From: Dipteris shenzhenensis
Taxonomy: Eukaryota
DNA: 64,000 nucleotides
NCBI GenBank assembly: GCA_047967505.1
Contig: CM106538.1
Direction: 5' to 3' (one strand)
Positions within the stretch are counted from its first letter, which is position 1. Every line of letters begins with the position of its first letter. The notes beneath the pieces are model-generated. The model was not told the DNA's origin. It did no database searches and saw only the letters and a program-made list of their open reading frames with translations. Shown piece after piece: positions 14,039 through 26,149 of the stretch. The position numbers and the translations under genes are program-made.

Positions 14039-15799
14039 TTTGGAGACTTGTATGTGTTTATGTTGATGGACAATGGAGTAGTATCCAAACGTCCAGATGT
14101 TATGCAAAATTGAAAGAATATTGAAGATGCTATGGCAACAATGTACCCAGAGAAAGGTAAGAACAAGTATAATATTTTTTTGGACATTGAAATATATGTT
14201 CAATATTTTAAGATTGGATATTTATGAATTGCAAGAAACATAGATAGACCTGGGGGTTTGTCCAAATGGGAGATTGAGAATTGTCCTTGGTGGATGGATT
14301 ATGAGGTGGGTGAATTTTTGGACTGCAAAAAGGAGAAGTACCTTGCCCACAAGGATGAACTCTTGAGAAATATAACAACACCTATTCATGAGGGATTCAG
14401 CCATTCCAAGACTCCAATGCATTTGGATCCAATGTCTCCCTGTAAGCGGGCTCGAGAGCATGATGATGATATGTCAAAAGTTAGTTACATATGACTTCTA
14501 TTGCATTTACCTCATACAATCATATTCTCATTTTACTTGTTACCAATCCTATTTTGGTCTTGGTGTTTCATTTTGATTTGAGTTTCATTTTATATTGTCA
14601 TTGGGAGCTTGTAGACTATTTCAATACACAAGCGAAGAGCTTTGTTATTGGGAAAAAGTCTCTCTTACTAGAAAATGCACAGATTGTTCATGGAGATGTC
14701 CAAGAAATATCAAGAGAACTTCAACACAAAATTGCAAGTGTGCCCTTCAAAGCTTTGAAAGATTTTTTCATTGCAAAGCAAAAGATAGGAAGTATGAGGG
14801 GAAAGATGAGGTCATGGGGTGTGGATTTGGTTGTTCTCGACCTACCAATAGCACTGTCTGCCATAGGATTTGGAGAGTCCACACCATGTTGGAATGAGGT
14901 CCCTCAGCTTGTGGATGATGCATTCGCTATTGCAGACTTGGCAGTCTTTGACACATGACACATAGTTGTGTTTTTCACACTGAGAGTCTTCGTAGGTATG
15001 ATTGTGCTACTGCCATGATGAAGAACCATGAGTTGACATTGTAAATGTACATGTACTAAGTAATTTGATGAGGTTGTGGGCTTGAGTCCAAGAGCATCAA
15101 ATGGAAGGTAGGTATGTAACCGTTTTGGATTTAGGAAGAAGTTCATGTGTTGTAGAAAATTCATCACTATATGCAAGATGCATTTAAGTTTGTGTTGTGC
15201 TTAAACATTTATATCTCTCACCTTTAATGCTTTTTCTTGCAGAAGGTACATTTATTTTGATAATGTCTATTTATCATAGGAAGGGAGGCATTCCTTTCAC
15301 ATTCAAGCATTGTGTTGATGGTTATCCATTTCTTGACTTGTCACATGATTGTGTTCGACACTTCCTACCTGCTACTGCTAGACATGTTTACGGAGACAAA
15401 ACTTTATGTCGTGGTATGATTGGTTTGTCTTGGTAGATATTTCAGAATGTGGTTGGTGAAGATCCATCCAATATTAGATTAAACAATGTTCATTACTTTC
15501 TTTCTTTAGTTGGGTTGGAGAAGAGCCCAATATTTATGGCAGCTTTGAAAGAGGCATTGACACCATCAAATGGCAGTATACCTGACCTAATGATGGGTTG
15601 TGGTAGCACTATAGAGGCTGCCTTGCACTGCAAAAGACTTGTTTGTGGTATGGACAATGACAAGAGGATGGTGTCTTTTGTAGAGGAGCTCTTTATTTCA
15701 ATGGAACATGCTGAAGAGAATGAAAATGTTGATGGTAGCTCAAGTGAGGAAGAAGCCTTTGAAGGCATAATTGAATTGGAGGATCCAGAGGAGAACTAG
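14039..15799 (+). pseudogene. Decayed intron-containing gene for a beta-class DNA amino-methyltransferase-like protein (N6_N4_Mtase type) with an unknown N-terminal domain and an acidic tail
   Basis: QIVHGD...VDLVVLDLP (motif IV-like), then DAFAIADLAVFDT*HIVVF, then EKSPIFMAALKEALTPSNGSIPDLMMGCGSTIEAALHCKRLVCGMDND (motif X-I-II-like). The phase-matched GT-AG intron 15414-15509 removes a stop. Other probable introns are ~14480-14614 and ~15111-15242. Several in-frame TGA codons. Confidence 0.7.
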
Positions 15800-16159
15800 T
15801 GTGGTACCTTTACTTTAGCATCCTTGTATTTTTTATGCTTTTATATTTTGAGGAGTGGATATGATTTGGAATTTTCTCACCATTGACATAGTCCTTGGTG
15901 ATGATTGCAGTGCATTGCCATGCTATGTGTGAGAAGTTGTAGATATGATGGCATGTCGAGAGGATGAGAACCCTTGTAAGAAAAGGATGAAATTGGCTCC
16001 CAAATGTATTTTTATGGATGACATTACAGTGGAGGAAAAAACAAAGTAGTCTAAGCTATATTTTTTTGGATGACCTTGCATATGCTTTGATCAAGCATTG
16101 ATACAATTTCCCAAGTTTTGTAAGAACATTTTGTTGTTTCTTTTTATGTACATTGTTTG

Positions 16160-16925
16160 CTATTTCTTAGATGTTAGTGCTCCTTTTGTAAGTGATGGAA
16201 TTGAATAGTCACATATGAGTTTTAACTTCTTTAATGCCTTGTGTCTTCTAGAACATGTTTTTTTCTTTCATAGACTTAAGAAAGTAAGATGGTTTATAGA
16301 TGATCTCATTGTCTCTTCCAAGCTGTCAAGATTTCATGCATAAAAAGGTAATGCATTTGTTGGCAAAATTTATCCCCAAGAATTTTATGAATAGTTAAGA
16401 TCGTTTCTCTTTCTTAGATCTTAGTGCTCCTTTGACAGGTCATGGATTTGAATAGTCACATGTAAATTTGAACTTCTTCAATGCCTTGTTCTTCTAGAAC
16501 ATGTTTTTTTCCCTTCATAGACTTGAGCAAGCAAGATGGTTTATAGATGATCTCATTGTCTCTTTGAAGCTCTCAAGAATTCATGTATAAAAAAGGAAAT
16601 GCATTTGTTGCTGGAATTTATCACCAAGAATTTTATGAATAGTTGAGATCTTTGCTCTTTCATACATCTCATTGCTTCTTTGGTAGGTCATGGATTTGAC
16701 TAGTCACTTATGAATTTGAACTTCTCCAATGCCTTGTGTCTTCTAGAACATGTTTGTTTTCCATATACTTGAGCAATTAAGATGGTTTATAGATGATCTC
16801 ATTGTCTCTTTGAAGCTCTCAAGATTTCATGTATAATAAAGTAAATGCTTTTGGTGGCAAAACTTATCCCTAAGAATTTTATGAACAATTGTGATCATTT
16901 CTCTTTCTTGGATCTTACTACTTTT
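16160..16925. repeat. Tandem array of ~3 diverged 246-249-bp units
   Basis: CTTCTAGAACATG at 16245, 16491 and 16740; AAGATGGTTTATAGATGATCTCATTGTCTCTT in each unit. Confidence 0.9.
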
Positions 16926-17614
16926 CTTGTTTAGAGTTAATTTGCATGATCAACTGCAAGAGCCTCGGTTTTTGGGTTATAAGACTACCTTATATTGGTT
17001 CCGTGAGATCATATTTGCATGCATGTGGAGTTAGAATTGCTAGCATCTCTCCCAATGTGTATTATACTAAAAAAAAACTCGCATACTCGCTCAAAAAAGC
17101 CTCATTGTTTGGTAGCACCCTATTTTTTAGATGTTAATTAAAGTAGTGAGGAGAGCATGACTGTTGAGAGAATGAACTCAAACCAATAAAGTTGCCACTC
17201 ATGATGATGAAATGAGATGGGTTGTGTATGGAATATTAGAAAGGAGATGATGTGGCACACTAGATCATGTTATTAGCTTGGCCATATAGGATCTTGACTT
17301 AGCTTAGCATAGAATATAAAAATGATGTTTGGTGAATCTACTATAATATTTCAACCTAGTTGAAGTATAACTATGACTATTCCCTTTACAATCCTCACTC
17401 CTTAAGTGATTGAAGCAATCATGTACATGCTTTTAGGATTACCATGGTCCTTGGTTGCACATGCTCATCTTTTAGGGCTACAACATTCATAGAAGACAAC
17501 CCAAATTGTGGGAGTACAAAAAAAAAGTGAATTTTCTACACCTCTTGACATTTTGGCATGGTCAATTCCCCCTTGTGGAGTCAACTAGACCAAATCCCTA
17601 ATGAGAGGATGAGG

Positions 17615-17910
17615 TTTAGTAGGGGTGTCTATGAGGGACCCCAAAAACCTTGATGATAAAGTACTCAAATGAGCCAAAGTGGAGGCACAAATGTACAAAG
17701 GCAACTCAAGAGGAGCTGTTGTTGGAGTAGCAAAGGATAACTAAAGAGGAGCTGCTATTGGAGCTATTGTTGAAAATGATCTTGAAGGAGGTTCAGTAGG
17801 GGTGTCTTTGAATGACCCCAAAAACCTTGAGGATCAAGTACTCAAATGAGCCAAAGCAGAGGGCACAAGAATACAAAGGCACCTAAAGAGGAGCTATGGT
17901 TGGAATAGCA
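17615..17910. repeat. Diverged ~178-bp tandem duplication
   Basis: AGTAGGGGTGTCT...GACCCCAAAAACCTTGA...AAGTACTCAAATGAGCCAAAG occurs twice. Confidence 0.7.
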
Positions 17911-19434
17911 TAGAATAAAAGAACTACGAGAGCAAGAGAAAAGCTAGGTAGTCAACATCACCACAAAAGTCATCCCACCACCCCAATGACTTGCTAGCAG
18001 ACACTACTTTTTTGCAGCCCACAAATTAGGCCCTACAAAAAGTAGATACAATGGAGTTGGTCTTGCCAATATCCTTCATTATGCCTCTAAACATGGAGCA
18101 AGCGTGGTGAAGGGCCAATGTGGGTGCAAATAGCAAAGAATTAGAAGATCTAAGAGGTGGCAACCAACCACAATAATATGCTACTAGACACCATAAAAAG
18201 ATTCCAAGTCTAGGGACCAACACAAAGTTGTGTTCTACCCCAAGATTTCAAAGGGCCTCCAGATTCACCACATCTTTGAGATTAAAGCATGTTAGATATA
18301 TAAATTTCTTCACAAGTGCAAACAAGCCTTGGTGATAAGATGGAAAGCCATCATAAGTAATGCTACATGCCATAGTAGTAAGAGATCCAAATCATGAGGA
18401 CATGTCTTGAGCATCAATTATGGGGAATATTGAGCCCCTAAATACGACAAAATTTTAGAAAAAGGCAAAACCAAATGAAGGACCAAGGCTGAGCATAGTG
18501 AAGGGCACCGACAAGGAGGAGAAAAAATGTAGGGGGTGGTCAAAGAATAGGTCAAAGTGGTGGATAAACCATGCATCATCTTCACTAACACACATCATCT
18601 TCACTGACACAAAATGACCATTGCTGAAGCACATCAAATCAAGCTGGTTGAGGTCACCTATGTCAAAATAATTTGCCATCTATGTCAAAAGGATTTGCTA
18701 CTTGTGTTAGGGCATGTCAAAATCATTTTCATAGAACTTGTTGGCACTACCCTTTTGACAGGTAGGTGTCGATGAATGTAAGTGTAGGTAGGTGGTACCT
18801 CCCATGCTTTGTTAAAGGGCTTTGTATATAAGAGAGTCAACATGAGGTATTTAAGATCATCTTGTTGCTAAGGCTATGGTGGTTGTGTAGAGTTTGGCCA
18901 AAGATCTAGTTGTATTCCACTGCCCAAGGGGCCTTAAAAATGTAAAGATATGTGCAACATTCATTTCTTGAGCATTGTTTTCTTTTTTCCACTTGTTTTT
19001 TAGCAATATGTTTACTTGCACATTCCACGTGACACATGCCATCATTTGGCTTCTGCAAATGGCAATCTTCCCTGCATACCTACACTAAATGCAAATGCAC
19101 TAGCATGTCTAGAAGAATGAATGACTCAATGGCATGTGACCACAATTTGAGCTTAACAATGGGCACGATTCCACAAAAACAAGGGAAGGAGCCAATGAGA
19201 TAGTATTTAATAATAGACATATAAAAAATTCTAAGCTCATCACAGTACTTAAGATTTTCAAAGACTTGGGTCATCCTTTTTTGATTTAAGCACTCTTAGA
19301 GCCTTTTTTTTTTTTGGGAGCAAAAGTATTATAATGTCTCAAAATACAAGATAATAACCTTAAGTTTCGGTACAACTTGTTGAACCAGTGAAGATGAAGA
19401 AATAGAACTAAGAGTAGAAGAAGACAAATGGAGA

Positions 19435-19872
19435 TCAAACATTAGCTATGGATTGAGAGTTTGTTGATTTACCTTTGAAGTCTTTGATCAATGCTTTGCC
19501 ATCTTGAAAGATAGCCCATTTGCCTTCTTTTATGGCCACCTTTACCTTTGCAAGATTTGATATTTGAGTCTTTAGTTGAGCTTTTCTGTATCTGGTAGAC
19601 CTCCAAATTCCAATCTTGAGCATCTTTGAGTTGCGCAATCTTTTAGCTTGCTCTTTTACTTCCTTTTGTAGTTGAGGAGACATCTGTGCATCTAAGGATC
19701 TCTTTATTTCTCCTTTGAGCTTCTCTTGAACCTCTCCCTTAAGCTTCTCATGTATCTCTTCCATTTGACTAAAGAGAACTTTATCATCTAAAACTAAGTA
19801 GGGAGTTGGATTTTTCACTTTAATCTCAACCACTTTTACTCTCTCTTCTAACTCTTGGAACTTGTGCTTCAT
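19435..19872 (-). mobile_element. Possible LINE ORF1-like remnant (coiled coil plus basic C-terminus)
   Basis: 145-aa E/K-rich coiled-coil ORF ending KVAIKEGKWAIFQDGKALI, which resembles C-termini of non-LTR ORF1 proteins; no ORF2 seen. Confidence 0.4.
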
Positions 19873-20989
19873 CTCACTATTCTCTTTTATGAAAACGAAA
19901 ACTTGCTATTGCAAAACAGGAATCATCTCGTTTTACCTAGTGTTAGGTAAGGTGAAGCTAATGTTGTAGCATATGGAGGCTGCTTCTCTAGTTTTCTATC
20001 ACCCATTAAAAAATGATAATTTACCAAGACCCCCTCTTCTTGGTGACTCATGATGTCCAAATGTCACTGATTTTGAATTTGACTTAGAAAAACAAAGTAT
20101 ATCTAAGCAAACCTCACAAAGTTATGTTTGATTCTTTGTTTGTGTAGAAACTAGTCTAGGAAATTGACAAACTTTTGTTAGGCTAGAGTAGAATGATGAC
20201 CAGTGAGGAACCTTCTAGGGATCAATATAAGTGAAGTTGACTTCAAAAGAGCTCCAAGTTGAGGCCTAACCAATTGTCTAGGCCATAGAGTTCAGCTTAG
20301 CCACCAGGAGTGGGAAGAAAATGCAGGGGAGGGGAAGAAGAGGGGTCCTTTTCAAAATTTCTCCTAATCTCTCTTGCCTCCATTGTGACCAAACTCTCCC
20401 ACCATAGAAATATCCTAGCAATTACATCTTAGGAATGAATGGAAAACATCCTTCTCAAAAATAAATCCTACAACAAGGCTAAAGCACCAACAGTGAAGAA
20501 AGAAAAGGTCGTAAAGTATTTGACATATAGCCACCTCTAGAATGGAGTTTACCCACTAGTAGCAATCAGCTAGCTATATATAGCAAGGCTATATGGATAC
20601 TTAAAGTTCTTATGGAGCCTCATCTTTAACCAAGTAGTGGCAATTAAAGCCATAGACACCTATGATATAGCTACCAAGGCCTTCTAATAAAAAGGTATGA
20701 TGATAACCATCACTAAGGCCTAAGTGCCTCAACATTTGAGCTACCCCCACAATGCAGTAATTCCTCAGTAATTCACAAGGTGGTACCACTAGTAAATGTG
20801 ATGACCTCTTTTTAGAGGAAGCCTTGCTATAAGGCCAATGATACATCACAAGTATAGCCAATGATTCAAAAGCAAATAACTTCTTCTACGTTCTTCAAAA
20901 TGAATGCAAATGGACACCCTAGTGGGGTAGCTAAGGATTAGCCTATTAGTGATCATTTTCAAATTTTGTCTTATTTTCCTTTGGTTTGA

Positions 20990-21800
20990 TTTTGGATTGC
21001 ATGTTTGTGTGCTATGTTTATAGTTTTGGTGCGTTCTCATAAAAATGTTATTTGAGTATGCATTTGTGTGATACATCTTGATTTAGATGTTGAGATTGAA
21101 CAAATAAATGAAGGTAAATGCTTGAGTTAGACAAGATACATAGAATCTATGGTGGAATGGTTTAGGATGCAAGATGCCATACCTATGTGCCCACATAGAG
21201 ACCAACATAATAGGTAGAAAGTGAAGAGCGCTCCATTTTTGGATCCCATAGTTTATTGATAAGTGGTTGGTAAGTTGATCTACTTATTGACATCAACACA
21301 ACTAAATGCTTCCTATGAAGGAGGGAATTTGAGACATTTTAGGGTGAAGTCATGTGTCCATCATTAGAATAGGCTATCAATGTGATAGCAAATCATAAGT
21401 CATGATACCTAAAACATAGTCATGATATAGAACCATAACTACTTGAATTCTATGATTCATAGTGGGAAGGAGGTCCTAAGAGGAGATTTGAGACACTTTA
21501 TGGTGAAGCCATGTGTGCATCATTACAATAGCTAAAGAACTATTCTCATTTGTGAATGTGATAACAAATATACTCATGATATAGAACCATAACTACTTGG
21601 ATTCTATGATTCAGATTGGGAAGGTGGTCCCAAGAGAAAGTATGTTTGAGGATATGCTTTTTTGTTGGATTCTCACTATGTGTCTTGGTCCAACAAGAAG
21701 CAAGAGACTCCAGCATTATCTTTGCATGGTGTACATATCAAGCTTAGCTAAGGTGGCTACTAGAGGATCTTGGAGAAATGTAAGATAATTTCAGATTAAT
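20990..21800 (+). mobile_element. Heavily decayed Ty1/Copia RT-RNase H remnant
   Basis: Fragments such as LS*TRYIESMVEWFRMQDAIPM and DPIVY**VVGKLIYL, plus an internal ~170-bp duplication. Confidence 0.55.
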
Positions 21801-23155
21801 ATTTTGTGATAAATAGAGAGTTAAAGTTAGTGGCAAAAAGAGATATGCTTAGCATGAGGCATTGATTTTGAAAACATGTTTGTTTTGATAACAAGGATGA
21901 AGACCACAACCTTCTTATTCTCTCTCTTCCAAGCAATATGGACCTAAACTTGCAGTCTCAAGCTTGTGAATAATGATGTATGAGAAGAGATTCACATGAA
22001 AAAACGAGAAGGATTCATTGAAAAGGTATCAAAAAACATTGAAGAAGGCAGTATATAGACTTGGTACATCAACATTTACACTTATTATATATGATAAGGG
22101 CTCACAAGGGGTGGACTTGATCTTGGGTCTATGTGAATAGGAATGCATATGGTCTCACAATCTTGCACTCAATATGGATGACATGTTTCTATTGGTAGCA
22201 ACAACAAGATGATCAAGGTGTCAAAGTTAATTTTTGCAAGAAATTTATGATATATCATGTCAAGTTGTTGCAATACATTTGTACCTTCGAAAGCACACTG
22301 CTCAAATTTAATCAAAATCCAAGAATTCTCAAGCCATGGTGCTTGACCTTATTCACATATTATCATCTTAGTTTTTAAATGTTATGGACTAACATCAAAA
22401 TTACTAACCAATAATAGAAGATAAAGGGTCTAAGAATCTTCTTCAATGATTGGCATCCTTCTTCTTCTAAGTATTATGCAAAAATTATTACCCATGCATG
22501 GGCCATTCATCTTTCTAAGGCAATGCCATGATTTTTTTCATGAGTGTGTATCTACTTGAGTACAAGCTTCTCATGCCAAAGAGTCCACAACATTGTTCAA
22601 CACTCTGGGGATTCAAACTCTTGCAAATTTATAGAGCTTGTTGATATCTAGAATTTTAATGCAGACTTTCTAATTGGCATACTAACTATGAACCATCTTA
22701 GACTTCTAGCTTTAACGTGTGGTGTGCTCGAGCTATTTCGAGGCCATAAAGGAGTGTTGAGCATTCGGCCTAGTTATACATGTTGGTCGACACAAAGTTG
22801 TACTAATATACTATACCATCTAGCACTATTAGAGACACTCGTCCCTAGCTAGATTTGTCGATGGCTTATAGGCTCTATCAAAATGTAGGGTCCATGCCGA
22901 CATTACACTAAATCAAGTACACACTTTCAAATTTCATGGTAATCAAACTAGGAAGAATGAGAGGGTGAGGTAAATTCAAAAATAGCAACGTATCAAAATG
23001 AATCTAAACTTGACAAATCTAGTTGATCAACTAGTCCAAGCAAGCTCCATCTGTACTATAAATAGAATCAATTATTGTTTCCTATTATTACATAGAGTGG
23101 AAAATTAAAGGTTTGAGTAAATTATAGGAAAAAACATGACTAAAAAATATCGACG

Positions 23156-26120
23156 TGTTAGCTGCAGATGCGGTTGGTACACTGCTCATGAATAATAGCT
23201 GGATGATAGCTATCCTTATGTACTCTAGTTCATGGCTCAGTTAGTATGCCACCTTAGTTAGCTGAGTTTGGTTTGAGACCCACATATAGGGTTCTTCTAT
23301 TTCTTTGTACTAGAGCTCTTTTGGCTTTCACAACTAAGAAGAGGAAAACTATTTTCAGCCTCCACCTTTGTGTGTATTCCCCCATTGTGTATGTGAGAAA
23401 GCTACAAGTGAGACTCCTTCCCTCTCTCACTATCTTCACATCCATAAGCATAGTGATCTCTTCCTAGGCACAGGGTGCAATTGTGCATGTGCAGCTAGCT
23501 ACCACCTCACACACATTGCTCCACAGGCACACCCCTTACTAGGCACAAATTTTCCTTGTGAACACAGCTGACACATCATCTTTTCACCCTTTTTTTGCCC
23601 CTCCACCTAGATCAAGCCATATCTCTTTATCTAGGAAGAATTTGAGGGTGCTGCAAAAAAACACACACTAGAATTTCATGCTCTACATGCTCATCACATC
23701 ATATGGACACTTCGGCACTTGTATCACATAGTTTTCAGCCTTAGCATCAAACGAACTCCTTGCACATGTTTAAGCCTCTTCAATGCATTTGACCCAACAC
23801 CTAAAAGGAACAAAAAGAAAATAAATTATTTGCTGCTTTTCATTGCTCGAGGGTAGTTGGTCTAGCTCTAGATCAAAGTAGTTCATCTATAGAGGAGACA
23901 ACTCCAAAGTAGCCAATCAAAGCCATGCCCAAAAATTCCCAACTAGTTTCTACTCAGAGTTAGTCCCTACGCTCACATGCAGTTTCACATCATTAGATGT
24001 CCTGAAACCTAATCGGCAATACATCAGTGAGCAAATTTCAAAGTGTTCAGAGGTATTGGAAGATTGTTTAGAGAATAGATCACATATCATTTCATTTTGC
24101 ACTCACATGCCTTCATTGTAAAGCACATGGAGATACTAAATAGAGATCATTCTTGTACTTTAGGAAAAATGGGAGTAAGTTAATGGGTCTACAATGGACG
24201 AGCAACAACTCCCACCATTGCCGCAACACAAGTAGAAGGGTCTATACCTACGCCAATGGTGTCCACATCTATAGTAGATCATGCCAAATTGCCAGAGCAT
24301 AGGTAGAATGGCACAAGAAAGACAAATATGCATATCATTGATCAAATAGAACTTGCAAGATGCCATGCATGGACAACTCAACACAGTGAAGACATCCAAA
24401 GATGCATGGGATATGTTTGCAACACTTTATGAGTCTGAGAGCACATCCAGGATTCTCACACTGAGAAACCAGATCAACCAGAGTTTTTTCAACATCAATG
24501 AAACAAGACTCTAGAGTAAAATTCCAACAGAGTATTGCCATTCAGAGGAAAATTCCAACACTGAAAGAGTTACAGTTAGTGTTACTCGGTAGTAGAAGAA
24601 CTAAGATGCAAGCTATTCAAGCACACAAAGGTCATTCAAATGATCAAGCATTCACAACCTTAGATAGACGTGGAAACAGAGGTAGAGACATAGGTAGAGC
24701 ATCTCAATGAAGTCATCATCAACATCAAAATCAGCATTAGTAATAGCATCTACATCCGCAATAGCATTAGCATCAACGTCAACATCCAAGAGGAAATTAT
24801 TTCAACAGAGGAAGATTTCAAGGAAGAGGGAAGGCATCCACCAATGTGTCAAACATTTAGTGCAACTACCATCATAAGTTTGGACAGTATGAAAGAGATT
24901 GTTGCTGCAAGAAGTAGTATGACCAAGGAGGACAATCTTATAGCAATAAAGGGAATTTATGTGGAAGTAGAAATCACTATGATGGACATCCAAGTCACTG
25001 TCATTATGCCAATGAGCCTAACACTGTGTATCTTAAAAGTGAGGATATGCAAAAACTAACATAGGGTACATTGACATTGATTGTGAATCCAAAGCGGAAT
25101 GCAACTATCAAGTTGATCAAGTAGATAAAGAACCTTGGTATATGACAAAGCATTAGGAATGGTTCACAAATATGAAACCATTAGAAGGACTCATGACTGT
25201 TATCTACATGGTAGGTAACACATCAAATCTAGTTCAAGGGAAAGGCATTGTACCTATTAACAATTTCACTGGTATGAGAGGATTGGTAAAAGATGCACTC
25301 AATGTTTCAAAGCTCAGTAAGAACCTTTTATCAGTTGAGAAAATGATAAGACACAACTATCAAGTCATCTTTGATGGGGATGAATGCACAATCAGAGATA
25401 ACTCTAGAGGATACTAACTAGTGGCAAAAACATTCAAGGAAGGATGCTTGTTTAAAATGCAAGGTTCAATATTAGATTTGCATGCCATGTCAGCTCAATA
25501 GTAGCAGCCAATGCCACGTTTTGCATTATGGTATGAGATATGGACATATCTCAAAAGTTTAATATAATTAAGAAATCAGAATATGGAAATTGGAATTCTG
25601 AAACTTCAGTTTCTTGGAAAAGTTTGCAAAGCATGTTGCTTTGGTAAACGAAAGAGAACGAATTTTTGTAGAAGCACTAAATTTGATTCATACATATATA
25701 TGGGGTTATGCAGAGAACTGCAACATCAGTGGTTCACTTTACTTCTTGACTTTCATTGATGACTACATCATATATTGTTGGGTCTACTTTCTAAAGGAGA
25801 AATCTGAAGTCTTTTCTAGATTTCAAGAATTCAAAGCCATGGTAGACAACTAGATAGGCAGAACGATCAAAGTCATGAGATCAGCATTCATGGACTTTTG
25901 CAGAATTAATGGCATTCAAAGGCAATTCACATGTGTAGAAACTCCTTGATAGAATGCAATAGCTAAAAGGAAGAATGGGACTTTAGCAGATGGGCTAGAC
26001 CAATGGTCAGTGAGAAGCATCTTCCAAATCAATATTGGACAGAAGTAATTGTCACTGTAAACTATTTGCTTAATCAACTTTTGACAGAATCAATTCAAGG
26101 TATGACATTGTTACAAAAAT
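23156..26120 (+). mobile_element. Ty1/Copia remnant: putative LTR/leader, gag, protease, integrase; 3' truncated
   Basis: gag KTSKDAWDMFATLYESESTSRILTLRNQ; protease-region LSKNLLSVEKM; integrase LNLIHTYIWG...YFLTFIDDY...WVYFLKEKSEVFSRFQEFKAMVDN. The left boundary is tentative. Confidence 0.8.
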
Positions 26121-26149
26121 TATATTTTTTTGATATATCTTGCTTTGGA

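Noticed and set aside
14039-15799. Bacterial contamination as the source of the MTase-like sequence
   Set aside because: It has spliceosomal-type introns and stop codons and is contiguous with plant retroelements.
16160-16925. CRISPR-like array next to the MTase
   Set aside because: The whole ~247-bp unit is repeated; there is no repeat-spacer structure.
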